Shown in pieces: positions 1 through 8,142 of a stretch of DNA of 11,662 nt. The position numbers were made by a program, and so were the translations under genes. The notes below the pieces were generated by a model. The model was not told where the DNA came from, did no database searches, and saw only the letters and a program-made list of their open reading frames with translations. How positions within the stretch are numbered: position 1 is the stretch's first letter; each line of letters starts with the position of its first letter. The stretch is taken from contig JADGIF010000287.1 of NCBI GenBank assembly GCA_018985225.1, positions 1-11,662 of the forward strand, written 5' to 3'. The DNA is from Amoeboradix gromovi X-113. Its lineage: Eukaryota > Fungi > Sanchytriomycota.

Positions 1-2
1 GT

Positions 3-218
3 AATGATGTTAGTATAACATTACAAAATGACTCTAGAAAAGAGTACCGTCTAAGAAAATGCGCCTTTTGCTTAGATGCTCAAAGACCTCATATATTTGA
101 ACGAGATGCAGGGTCTTCTACTTTTATTTTAAAAAGAGGAATACAATCAATGAAAGAATATTGGTATAATAGGAGATCTTTTATTAATGATTTCATCCGT
201 ATGGTGCACCTTCTTTAA
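3..218 (+). CDS. C-terminal fragment of a Fanzor1-like (TnpB superfamily) nuclease, 5'-truncated by the window edge; last ~9 codons probably frameshifted
   Basis: Frame 3 is open from 3 to TAA 216-218: NDVSITLQNDSRKEYRLRKCAFCLDAQRPHIFERDAGSSTFILKRGIQSMKEYWYNRRSFINDFIRMVHLL*. RLRK-CxxC-x9-RD-x5-FIL matches the second zinc-finger pair plus RuvC-III (RDxNAAxNIL-type) of Fanzor/TnpB. The putative catalytic Asp is at 105-107. Confidence 0.7.
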   Translation, partial: NDVSITLQNDSRKEYRLRKCAFCLDAQRPHIFERDAGSSTFILKRGIQSMKEYWYNRRSFINDFIRMVHLL

Positions 219-254
219 AAACGACTTAGTCTAGTTTTTATATTTGGTGTCCCA
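57..254 (+). repeat. Left copy of an inverted repeat with 11458-11662 (3' end of a Fanzor1-like mobile element)
   Basis: Manual alignment to the reverse complement of the window end: 57-130 matches 73/74; 131-195 is diverged with indels of 1, 3 and 5 nt; 196-254 matches 56/59. Identity stops after TTTGGTGTCCCA. Confidence 0.95.
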
Positions 255-275
255 GACAATGTTGGATAAACCATT
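196..275 (+). ncRNA. Candidate Fanzor1 omegaRNA 3' scaffold plus putative guide, copy L
   Basis: Nested hairpin 202-254: TGGTGCACC pairs with GGTGTCCCA (one mismatch, one G-U), and TAAAAAC pairs perfectly with GTTTTTA. It is conserved in the second copy and overlaps the ORF 3' end, as known for TnpB/Fanzor omegaRNAs. Boundaries are uncertain. Confidence 0.5.
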
Positions 276-291
276 GAAACATTTTATTTAA

Positions 292-2580
292 CTACGACTT
301 GTTCTTTCGTGGATATTTTCTCGTCTTCAAGTATTGACTGTATTTGTAGTGCCTTGTCCAGCCAGGCAACTCTCCTCGATCTTCGTCCACATTAACAGAG
401 CTTATAAAATCGACTTTATTTCCTACAGAGACATATCTTTGAAATGCCTCGATATCTTTCACCTCTGCTTTTATATTCCCGCTACTGTAGTCAGTCCATA
501 ATTTGTAGAACCCAAATTCCTTGTGACAGCTGTTCGGGTCTAGAGAACTAAGTGCCGGAGTACTTGGAAGCATTTCCCTACCCAATAACTTGGGTCTAGC
601 ACAATAATTCGTATATATACTCAAATCAGCGTCATGCAATACCATAGCGGGAGTTCTGTATTCCACTTTAGGCTTATAGGGTGGATGCCTTACCTCTTCC
701 TTTATCTGGACTTTTCTTGTCCAGTTTGATTTGTAGAATTTCCATTCACTTTCATTGTTTAGCGGCAACGCGAGCTGTCCTTTAACAAATATATTTGATG
801 AGCTTCCATCTACTATCTCAAAAGGACTTGTTGTACTATTTTGAGTGTTAACATTAGAAGTACTCACCTGATTGAATAAGAAATGTTTTTCCAAGTTAGT
901 TTGCTTATTAGTCTTATAAAATGCCTGAAATTGTTGCTGCAAATTAAATTTTAATGTTAGGTCTTCGGTACGATTATTTGGCTGGACAAAAGAACTTGAC
1001 TTGTACAATGTAGGGTTATTATTTGCTTTGTAGTGCAAAGATTTATCACTGCTCATGTCCCAAATGTGCCTGTTTTGTTGCATAGGTTGAAAAGACCCAA
1101 GAAATGTATTTATAGAGTTTTGCTTATCTACGTCTGTGAAGGAATTGTTGTAATACCTTTTAATGCTCTCGATAAGATCTTTAGAGTGAGTCTGCCAATC
1201 TGATTTATGGGTATAGGTGGCTACAGTGTTAACTAACTGAGACCCCCCGTATTGTAAAGCTATAATGTCTCCGAGGTACTTGTACATTTCACTTAGCAAT
1301 TTGAATACTGCGTTATCAAAGTGAATATAAGGTTTGAAAATTATGTTTAGTTCATGTAGTTGATGACCTAATGCAGTTTTGCCTATAAAAAACTGCGCCG
1401 CATTAGTTCTATCTAGACAATCTATACAACTGACTCTAATAATGCCCGATTGTATTTTCACAGACTTACCGTTGATATGCACGAAATAATCAGTTTCATT
1501 GATAGATCGCAAAGCCATAGATTCAAGAATTGATATAACACTCTGATCAGATTTGTTAGCCCGACTAAGATCGAAATGTATGTATCTTATAAAATCACCC
1601 TTTAATAGCGTGTTAATATACTTAATAAAAGACTCAAACTCATCACTCAAATACGATTCTCTAGGGAAGCGCTCTTTAGATTTAACCAGATTCCATACCA
1701 ATATGGGCTTGTTATATCTCTTAAACAAGTCCTCAAAGTGTTTGCAACTTGCCCTGTAAAACGGATCAATCTTAACCATCTTGATATCCGGCTTAGGGGC
1801 ATATAGGTTTTCTTGTGTCCAGAACAAGGGAATTGATCCACGGTGCACTACATAGCTGGTAATTGAAGGCGGAGGATTAGGAAGCACGTGATTTGCTTGA
1901 ATCACGATTTGCTCAGTCTCTACCTCATTAGCTACTTCACCTTCATTGGTGATACCTCGCTTAAGAAATCTTGTGCCTGCGAATCTTTTAGACCTTCGTC
2001 CAATTAATGTAACAAAGATGGGATTTCCGAAAATATCGATTTTACTAGAATCAACAAAACCATAAATAACTTTAGTATAAAATGTGTCATTCATTCCGTC
2101 TACAAAAGAGAGTAGGTATTGATTCCATACGAACATCTCATTCCACTCCCTTGAAATTGGAGGATAATAACTACTATCTTCAGCATTAAGAATGTTATAT
2201 TGAATTGTTTGAGAGAGGTTGTAGCTATAGGAGAAATAAAAGTGCTTGTTTAAGTGAATGTCTTTGAAAATGGATAAGTATCTATTTTCATCATAATCGC
2301 TCTCAGTTATTGATAAGGACAATATTTGAGTGTCTTGAATGTGGTATACCGAATGTTGTCCAATAATAGCAACAGGCAAAATAGATGTTATCAATATCAT
2401 ATAGTAACCTTTGCAGAACCGAATATAACCAAGAATGCCACAGATTGCTTTTGACTTAATACCACTAGGTTCTTTGACCTTTTTTATTATTAAATCTTTA
2501 TCATCCCTTTGTATTCTTAATATCTGTTGTGTATTTTGAAGATAATAAGCATCTTTGGACTCGTATAGCAAATATTTCAT
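292..2580 (-). CDS. FIG4: SAC-domain phosphoinositide phosphatase, PI(3,5)P2 5-phosphatase Fig4
   Basis: 762-aa ORF with FYFSYSYNLSQTIQYN, GRRSKRFAGTRFLKRG, VANEVETEQIV, catalytic CX5RT (CIDCLDRTNAAQ), and Fig4-type ALQYGGSQLVNT and RYYNNSFTDVDKQNSINTFLG. Confidence 0.93.
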   Translation of the reverse strand: MKYLLYESKDAYYLQNTQQILRIQRDDKDLIIKKVKEPSGIKSKAICGILGYIRFCKGYYMILITSILPVAIIGQHSVYHIQDTQILSLSITESDYDENRYLSIFKDIHLNKHFYFSYSYNLSQTIQYNILNAEDSSYYPPISREWNEMFVWNQYLLSFVDGMNDTFYTKVIYGFVDSSKIDIFGNPIFVTLIGRRSKRFAGTRFLKRGITNEGEVANEVETEQIVIQANHVLPNPPPSITSYVVHRGSIPLFWTQENLYAPKPDIKMVKIDPFYRASCKHFEDLFKRYNKPILVWNLVKSKERFPRESYLSDEFESFIKYINTLLKGDFIRYIHFDLSRANKSDQSVISILESMALRSINETDYFVHINGKSVKIQSGIIRVSCIDCLDRTNAAQFFIGKTALGHQLHELNIIFKPYIHFDNAVFKLLSEMYKYLGDIIALQYGGSQLVNTVATYTHKSDWQTHSKDLIESIKRYYNNSFTDVDKQNSINTFLGSFQPMQQNRHIWDMSSDKSLHYKANNNPTLYKSSSFVQPNNRTEDLTLKFNLQQQFQAFYKTNKQTNLEKHFLFNQVSTSNVNTQNSTTSPFEIVDGSSSNIFVKGQLALPLNNESEWKFYKSNWTRKVQIKEEVRHPPYKPKVEYRTPAMVLHDADLSIYTNYCARPKLLGREMLPSTPALSSLDPNSCHKEFGFYKLWTDYSSGNIKAEVKDIEAFQRYVSVGNKVDFISSVNVDEDRGELPGWTRHYKYSQYLKTRKYPRKNKS

Positions 2581-2749
2581 GAGCTGTTTCGTAAATTAAT
2601 AGTGGTGGCATTTTAAGTGATGTAAATCCAAATTACACATACCGATAAAGCAAATAAAATTTGAGAGTAAAGTCATTTTTCCTATCTCAGAATTGTTCAT
2701 CTTCATTCAGTTGATTGTTCTTCTGTTTTAACTGAAAAAACATTAGGTG

Positions 2750-3110
2750 CTGAATTAAATACCATTGATAACTTTCCGTAGTCGCAGCCTTAAAGTGGTA
2801 TTCTTTAAAACTCTTGTTATTGCCTTTCAAAAGTGCTATACTAGCTTTTTGCAGCTGGTTTCTCTTATGAGGACATCCACTTTAATATCAAGTGGAATGG
2901 TAATCGGCTAGAAATTGCCATTTCAAATATTAAAAGCATGTTTACAGGATGAGTGAATTACTGTATATCCATACTTAGTGGCTTATTAAGTAGTAGGGTC
3001 ACTCTCTTGCATCTTGCTGTCTTCTGTAACAACATATTCATCCATGCAGCTTGACTATTTTCTTGAATAAATCATTTATCGCGAATTTGTATATATTTTT
3101 GTATCATTTC
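2750..3110 (-). pseudogene. Possible degraded N-terminal (REC/WED-region) Fanzor2 fragments, inverted relative to the C-terminal remnant
   Basis: Minus-strand peptides in changing frames but in the expected order: YKNIYKFAINDL (from 3103), DEYVVTEDSK (3042), YLKWQFLAD (2929), TIPLDIKVDVLIRE (~2901), KASIALLKGNNKSFKEYHFK (2848-2789). They recall the Fanzor2 pattern YN..ai / lR..yV / Wl..vP.dir..ai / ka....lk.g..k.F.lkfr. Judged by eye only. Confidence 0.4.
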
Positions 3111-3141
3111 AAGACTTTTCCAGATTTTTCTAATAGCTTAA

Positions 3142-3461
3142 ATACTAGATAATCTTATACACTTGCCATCGTTTAATGCTAGCTAAATGATAAGTAGCAA
3201 GTCGCAAGAAACATGGCTACAATGTCCCATTACGCATTCAAGGAACTCTTGAAGTTCAAGTGCAAACAAAGAGGAAAGACGATAATCGAATGTAATGAAG
3301 CATTTACTAGTCATACATGTACAAGGTGTGGTACTCTAAAGAAAACCAATTTAGAAACCTGAACCTGTACCAGTTGTCATTTGGAGATAGATAGAGATCA
3401 TATGGCAGCAAGGAATGTACATCAAGCATCTGCATCTTTATTCAATCCCGCCTCAGGGTAG
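3142..3461 (+). pseudogene. Fanzor2 (IS607-TnpB-derived) C-terminal remnant: RuvC-II, zinc finger, RuvC-III
   Basis: Frame 1 from 3142: ILDNLIHLPSFNAS*MISSK. After a frameshift, frame 3 from 3198: QVARNMATMSHYAFKELLKFKCKQRGKTIIECNEAFTSHTCTRCGTLKKTNLET*TCTSCHLEIDRDHMAARNV. It has the Fanzor2 hallmarks IxLPxF (Pro at the canonical Glu position), relocated Glu in NEAFTS, two CxxC pairs and DRDxxAARN. Stops at 3184-3186 and 3360-3362; a probable further frameshift near 3420 (RNV/IKHL). Confidence 0.9.
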
Positions 3462-3550
3462 TGAAAGCGTGAGCGATCACTGTAAAGGAGAAACTAGCAT
3501 TAGTTTCTCTGTGGAAATTCTCGATTTTCTCGGAAATCAGGACTTTCAAC
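3447..3550 (+). ncRNA. Candidate Fanzor2 omegaRNA scaffold / element right end, copy A
   Basis: Directly 3' of RuvC-III. Successive hairpins: AGTGA..TCACT (3460-3481), perfect 9-bp GAGAAACTA-GCAT-TAGTTTCTC (3488-3509), GATTTT-CTCG-GAAATC (3523-3538). Ends GACTTTCAAC. Homologous to 8054-8142 on the - strand. Confidence 0.65.
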
Positions 3551-3751
3551 GAGGAGCCAATATCATTTGTAGCACATCTCTATGAATCAGGTCCCCATTT
3601 TTCCAGTCTCTTAGCGTCGACGATTTTTTAGAAGCTAGCACACTAACCATATAAGATTAATATTATTGTTTTCAGTGCTTTTTTGAGTTTTCGCACAAGT
3701 CAGCATCTTTTTTTCTTTTCCCCTTTACCGTCAGTCAACTTCTCATAGAAA

Positions 3752-4192
3752 ATGTCTCAAATATTTCTATTATTAAAATATCCATGTGTAATAAATGGAG
3801 ATTCATTCACTTTTACAGATTATGCTAATGTGTATATGGTTCAAGCAGATCTAAGCCATATTTTAGCACTCGATATTATGAAAATCGAAATTGATAACAA
3901 TGAGCTAAAAATTAAAGTGCCTCTGGCTAAAGGATCAAAAATGCTTAAAACTGCCCAAACTTTAAAGCTCACTGTAATCGATAAGACGGTTGAGGATTTC
4001 ATGATGCCTCTACTGCATCAAGGTAGTAATACTCAGATCAAAATATTTTTGCAAGTTATTAAGGATATAAGATCTAACATATTAAATGGTAACCCTATGA
4101 ATGATTTGCTAAAGAAATTGGAAGATCCATCGGAGCTACTCAGGCTCTCCATTTTAGCGAATATCGAGAACATAAAGAACGAAAATCTGTGA
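3752..4192 (+). CDS. Hypothetical protein, 146 aa
   Basis: ATG in A-rich context (GAAAATG) after a pyrimidine tract; globular-looking sequence; AATAAA immediately at the stop; packed 39 bp before SKI2. No family recognised with confidence. Confidence 0.7.
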   Translation: MSQIFLLLKYPCVINGDSFTFTDYANVYMVQADLSHILALDIMKIEIDNNELKIKVPLAKGSKMLKTAQTLKLTVIDKTVEDFMMPLLHQGSNTQIKIFLQVIKDIRSNILNGNPMNDLLKKLEDPSELLRLSILANIENIKNENL

Positions 4193-4231
4193 ATAAAGTG
4201 TTTTTATATTTTCAACTCCCATAATTGAAAC

Positions 4232-7200
4232 ATGTTGTCACAGTTACAGCATTCTTTAAAAGCAGAGACGCCCGTGGACCTAGAATTAACAGAGAACCCA
4301 CTGTATTTTGAGCCTTACTTAAAAGAATTTATCCCAGGAATCGTTCTTCCTAACTTAAATGACCCAGAAGAATTTCTGTCGAAAAATGAAGAGTTTGAGA
4401 ATGATAAAACAAGTGAACTACTCAACAGGTTATCTTACAAAAATCAAATATTAAAGGACATTGAGCCTGATTTCAAGTTGCCACTGCCACTGCTAATCGA
4501 ATATCAAATGCAAACTCCTAGCTCAAATTACAATCCACCACTGGTTCTCAAGTACAACCCACCACTTGAAATAACTGAGCCTATCCGTGATATTGAGTCA
4601 AACTGTATCTTGGGTGAACATGAAGTCCAGCTCAACAATGCGGATAGCAAATCCAGTATTCAGATGGATCGTGCGGTTGGTGATGAGAGTGAGTATATTC
4701 GCGGTAGCTCGACAGCTTTTCCATTTCTGCCTGGTGGCATGGAATCTAATGTAAATGAAAGAATGAACAACAAAGTTGCAGTAGACCCTACCCAGTTGCT
4801 GACTATTGCACCAGGTATGTCTCGCGGCCTGCAAGTAGATTTACCACAGCAAAGTATTTTACATACAACACTTTCCAAACTGCAGGATTTAACTATAGCG
4901 GCTGAAGCAAGCACACCAGTTGTGGAAAAAAACTCTCTTACTGAGCCTACTGATGAGTTGGATGATATGCTACATATCGAGCCTGAAGTTGTAGAAAAGA
5001 AATACTCTTATGAAGTACTTAATGAAGATGTTGATTTGTCTTGTTATAAAATGGCTAAAACATGGCCTTTTGAATTAGATATATTTCAAAAACAGTCTAT
5101 CCATCACTTAGAGCAGGGTCACTCTATATTTGTAGCCGCTCATACTTCTGCCGGTAAGACTGTCGTAGCTGAGTATGCCATTGCCATGGCCAACCGTCAT
5201 TCGACCAAATGCATTTATACCAGTCCCATCAAAGCCTTGAGCAATCAAAAATATAGAGATTTTAAGGATGTCTTTGACTCTGTTGGAATTGTTACTGGAG
5301 ATGTTCAAATTGAGCCTAATAGCAACTGCATTATAATGACTACCGAGATATTAAGGTCGATGTTATACCATGGTGCCGATGTGCTGAGAGACATAGAGTT
5401 TGTTATATTTGACGAAATCCACTATTTGAATGATATAGAGCGCGGCGTTTGCTGGGAAGAAGTAATTGTATTGTTGCCTAGTCATGTTAAATTAATCATG
5501 TTAAGCGCTACCGTTCCCAACACTGTAGAGTTTTGTGAATGGGTAGGCCGCACCAAGTGCAAAGATATTTACATAATAACCACTTATAAAAGACCTGTTC
5601 CATTAGAATTCGATCTGTTTTTGGCTAATTCCAAGGAAATGTTTATGATAATTGAACCAAATGGTACTGAAGTGCTGAAAGACAACTGGAAAAAGGCATA
5701 CAACACGTTAAACAAAATTGGTAAAGAAAAAGACAAAGATAAAGGAAGCTCTGGTGGTGCTGGTAAATCTCGAAGCAATAAAGAGAAATTTAATGGCGCC
5801 ATTAAAAGAACAGAAAACTCAGAGACGCAAACGTTGACGAATCTCATATACAAACTACAAAAACTTCAGCTGCTTCCGTCTATTCTATTCTGTTTCTCTC
5901 GTCGTAAATGTGAATTGTATAGCCAAAATATTACCATTGATTTGGCTACGGGGCAGCAGAAGTCCTACATTACCAAATTCTTCAACAAGGCGCTATTGAG
6001 TTTGAACAAAGAGGACCGCGTTCTGCCGCAAATAAGCCAGTTATTGCAGCTGCTGCTAAGGGGTGTTGGTTGTCACCACAGTGGTATGCTGCCGATACTC
6101 AAGGAGATTGTTGAAATTTTGTTCTGCAAAGGATACTTGCACCTATTGTTTGCCACAGAAACATTTGCAATGGGAGTCAACGCCCCAGCAAAATCAGTTG
6201 TATTTACAAATACACGCAAATTTGATGGTGTCAATTTTAGGGATTTAACAAGTAGCGAGTTTATACAAATGAGCGGAAGAAGTGGTCGAAGAAACAAGGA
6301 CACAAAAGGTGTAGTTGTGATATGCTGTATTGATTATATGCCCAATGTAAACTGGTTGAATTCAATGATTTTGACAAGTACGGATAAGTTAGCATCTCAA
6401 TTCAGAATAACGTACAACATGATGATAAACTTGCTAAGGGTGTCGTTTTTAAATGTCTTTGACATGATGCAGCGCAGTTTTATTGAGAATGATAAATTGA
6501 CATCGCTGCCAAAGTTAGAGTCGGATTTACGCGAGCAGTTACTAAAACTAGATAGATACGCAACTAGTGAGCACCTTGAATCACTATCCACCGTTTACAA
6601 TCATGACATTTACGAATATTACACGGCATTGATGGAATATTATCAGTGCAGATTACAATGCCATCATTACTTGTATCATGCGAAACAAGGTGTATTCCCA
6701 ATAGGAAAGGTTGTTGTCACCAGTAATGGTGAATTGAGTGTTGTATGTAATCATGATCGCGGTAGAATAGTATTGTTTGTGTTAAAGCAGCAGAGTAATA
6801 TACACGATATTTTCAGAGGAGATTACTACGTAGATAAGTTTGCTAGCACAATACAAGTGCAGCAAGTAACTGTAAGTGGTATATCACTTATATTTGATCA
6901 TGTTGTAAAGATAGCGCGATTCCATGGCTCTGTGATCATTAAATCGCTTCATACTGCGTTACTGAAGAGATTTAAACTTATTATTCAACAAATAAGCAAG
7001 TCAAAACTTAAGTCACAGTTAGTCCAACTTAAGGATATTGATTATATGCATTCTTATACTCAATATCAACAACTACAAAATCAGCTTTTACGTTTCAAGT
7101 GTGTACAAGGGCCTGATTTCAAATCAGACTTCTCCAAAGTTCATGATGAAATGAGCTGTAAAATGGAAATACAAAAACTGGAGCTGCTTATCAACAACCA

Positions 7201-7804
7201 AAGCGTAGTACATCTGAGTGAGTACAACGCACGATTAGTAATTTTGAAAAAACTGAAGTTTATTAGTGAAGATAATCTGGTCTTACTGAAAGGAAGAGTT
7301 ATGGCTGAGATAAATACCATGGACTCGTTGCTAGTTACAGAATTGTTGTTTGACAACTATTTCAAGGAAATGGAGAACAATGAGATATTGAGCATACTGA
7401 GTGTGTTAATTTGTCAGGATAAAACGAACGATGACCCTGTACTACCAAGTGGTTTGATGGCTTATTATGAGATATTCAAGGCGAAGGCCTTAGAGTTGGC
7501 AAGGTTGCAAGAAAGTCACAAATTGCCAATAGAGAGCGATAGGTATGTCAAAGATGTGCTGAAGCCAGGGTTAATGGAAGTGGTGTATGAATGGGCTAAT
7601 CAAATGCCATTTTCAAAAATTATGGATTTAACATCGGCACACGAAGGAAGTATCGTAAGATGCATAACGAGATTAGATGATGCTTGTAGAGAACTAAAAG
7701 GTGCGGCCAAATTGATGGGAAATATACAGTTGATGGAAAAGATGGAGAAATGCCAAATTCTGATTAGAAGAGATATCGTGTTTGCAGCCAGTTTGTATTT
7801 GTGA
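4232..7804 (+). CDS. SKI2: Ski2 DExH-box RNA helicase (cytoplasmic exosome cofactor, SKI complex)
   Basis: 1190 aa. Ski2 N-terminal motif RGSSTAFPFLPGG, Walker A AHTSAGKT, YTSPIKALSNQKYRDF, DEIH, SAT, LFATETFAMGVNAPA, QMSGRSGRR, and C-terminal RRDIVFAASLYL. The N-terminal motif favours Ski2 over Mtr4. Confidence 0.93.
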   Translation: MLSQLQHSLKAETPVDLELTENPLYFEPYLKEFIPGIVLPNLNDPEEFLSKNEEFENDKTSELLNRLSYKNQILKDIEPDFKLPLPLLIEYQMQTPSSNYNPPLVLKYNPPLEITEPIRDIESNCILGEHEVQLNNADSKSSIQMDRAVGDESEYIRGSSTAFPFLPGGMESNVNERMNNKVAVDPTQLLTIAPGMSRGLQVDLPQQSILHTTLSKLQDLTIAAEASTPVVEKNSLTEPTDELDDMLHIEPEVVEKKYSYEVLNEDVDLSCYKMAKTWPFELDIFQKQSIHHLEQGHSIFVAAHTSAGKTVVAEYAIAMANRHSTKCIYTSPIKALSNQKYRDFKDVFDSVGIVTGDVQIEPNSNCIIMTTEILRSMLYHGADVLRDIEFVIFDEIHYLNDIERGVCWEEVIVLLPSHVKLIMLSATVPNTVEFCEWVGRTKCKDIYIITTYKRPVPLEFDLFLANSKEMFMIIEPNGTEVLKDNWKKAYNTLNKIGKEKDKDKGSSGGAGKSRSNKEKFNGAIKRTENSETQTLTNLIYKLQKLQLLPSILFCFSRRKCELYSQNITIDLATGQQKSYITKFFNKALLSLNKEDRVLPQISQLLQLLLRGVGCHHSGMLPILKEIVEILFCKGYLHLLFATETFAMGVNAPAKSVVFTNTRKFDGVNFRDLTSSEFIQMSGRSGRRNKDTKGVVVICCIDYMPNVNWLNSMILTSTDKLASQFRITYNMMINLLRVSFLNVFDMMQRSFIENDKLTSLPKLESDLREQLLKLDRYATSEHLESLSTVYNHDIYEYYTALMEYYQCRLQCHHYLYHAKQGVFPIGKVVVTSNGELSVVCNHDRGRIVLFVLKQQSNIHDIFRGDYYVDKFASTIQVQQVTVSGISLIFDHVVKIARFHGSVIIKSLHTALLKRFKLIIQQISKSKLKSQLVQLKDIDYMHSYTQYQQLQNQLLRFKCVQGPDFKSDFSKVHDEMSCKMEIQKLELLINNQSVVHLSEYNARLVILKKLKFISEDNLVLLKGRVMAEINTMDSLLVTELLFDNYFKEMENNEILSILSVLICQDKTNDDPVLPSGLMAYYEIFKAKALELARLQESHKLPIESDRYVKDVLKPGLMEVVYEWANQMPFSKIMDLTSAHEGSIVRCITRLDDACRELKGAAKLMGNIQLMEKMEKCQILIRRDIVFAASLYL

Positions 7805-8053
7805 TTTTGCTTAATAAATAAGACGTTATTTAAGATAGCAACAGTATTTTAGCCATTGGCACTCTCTTTGATGACATAAATCTATAAGATGGATTATTGT
7901 CCAATTGACTAAGGAGCACAACTTTTATTTGTAAGAGCTTTTGTACAAAAAATAGCACCTAGTGGCTCAAGCGATGTATAGAATAGATTTGCGTACGAAA
8001 AATGAGAACTTTAATCAATTGGAACAATTCATGTTCAGTGCTAAGCACCCATA

Positions 8054-8142
8054 GTTTGAAGTCATGATTTATGAGAAAATCCATAATTTCCACAGAAAAT
8101 AGCATTGCTAGCCAATAACTTATAGCTGTTGCTCAAGCCTTC
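8054..8142 (-). ncRNA. Stand-alone diverged copy of the Fanzor2 right end / omegaRNA scaffold, copy B
   Basis: Its reverse complement aligns colinearly with 3463-3550 using one gap. The last 43 nt match 36/43 (TCTGTGGAAATTatgGATTTTCTCatAAATCAtGACTTcaAAC). The GATTT..AAATC stem is retained. No Fanzor coding remnant is recognisable upstream. Confidence 0.7.

Noticed and set aside
200-235. CTAG followed by T as a Helitron 3' terminus
   Set aside because: Identity between the two copies continues 20 nt past the CTAG, and the CTAG lies inside the hairpin rather than downstream of it.
57-254. Terminal inverted repeats of a linear plasmid, virus or Polinton
   Set aside because: The repeat is the coding 3' end of a nuclease gene, the copies differ by indels, and the interior is ordinary nuclear housekeeping genes with no polymerase, integrase or capsid.
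3184-3362. Stop-codon reassignment (TAA=Gln, TGA=Trp) explaining stops in the Fanzor2 remnant
   Set aside because: Host genes here end in TAG, TGA and TAA at the expected positions and have no internal stops. The remnant also has frameshifts, so single transitions from CAA and TGG suffice.
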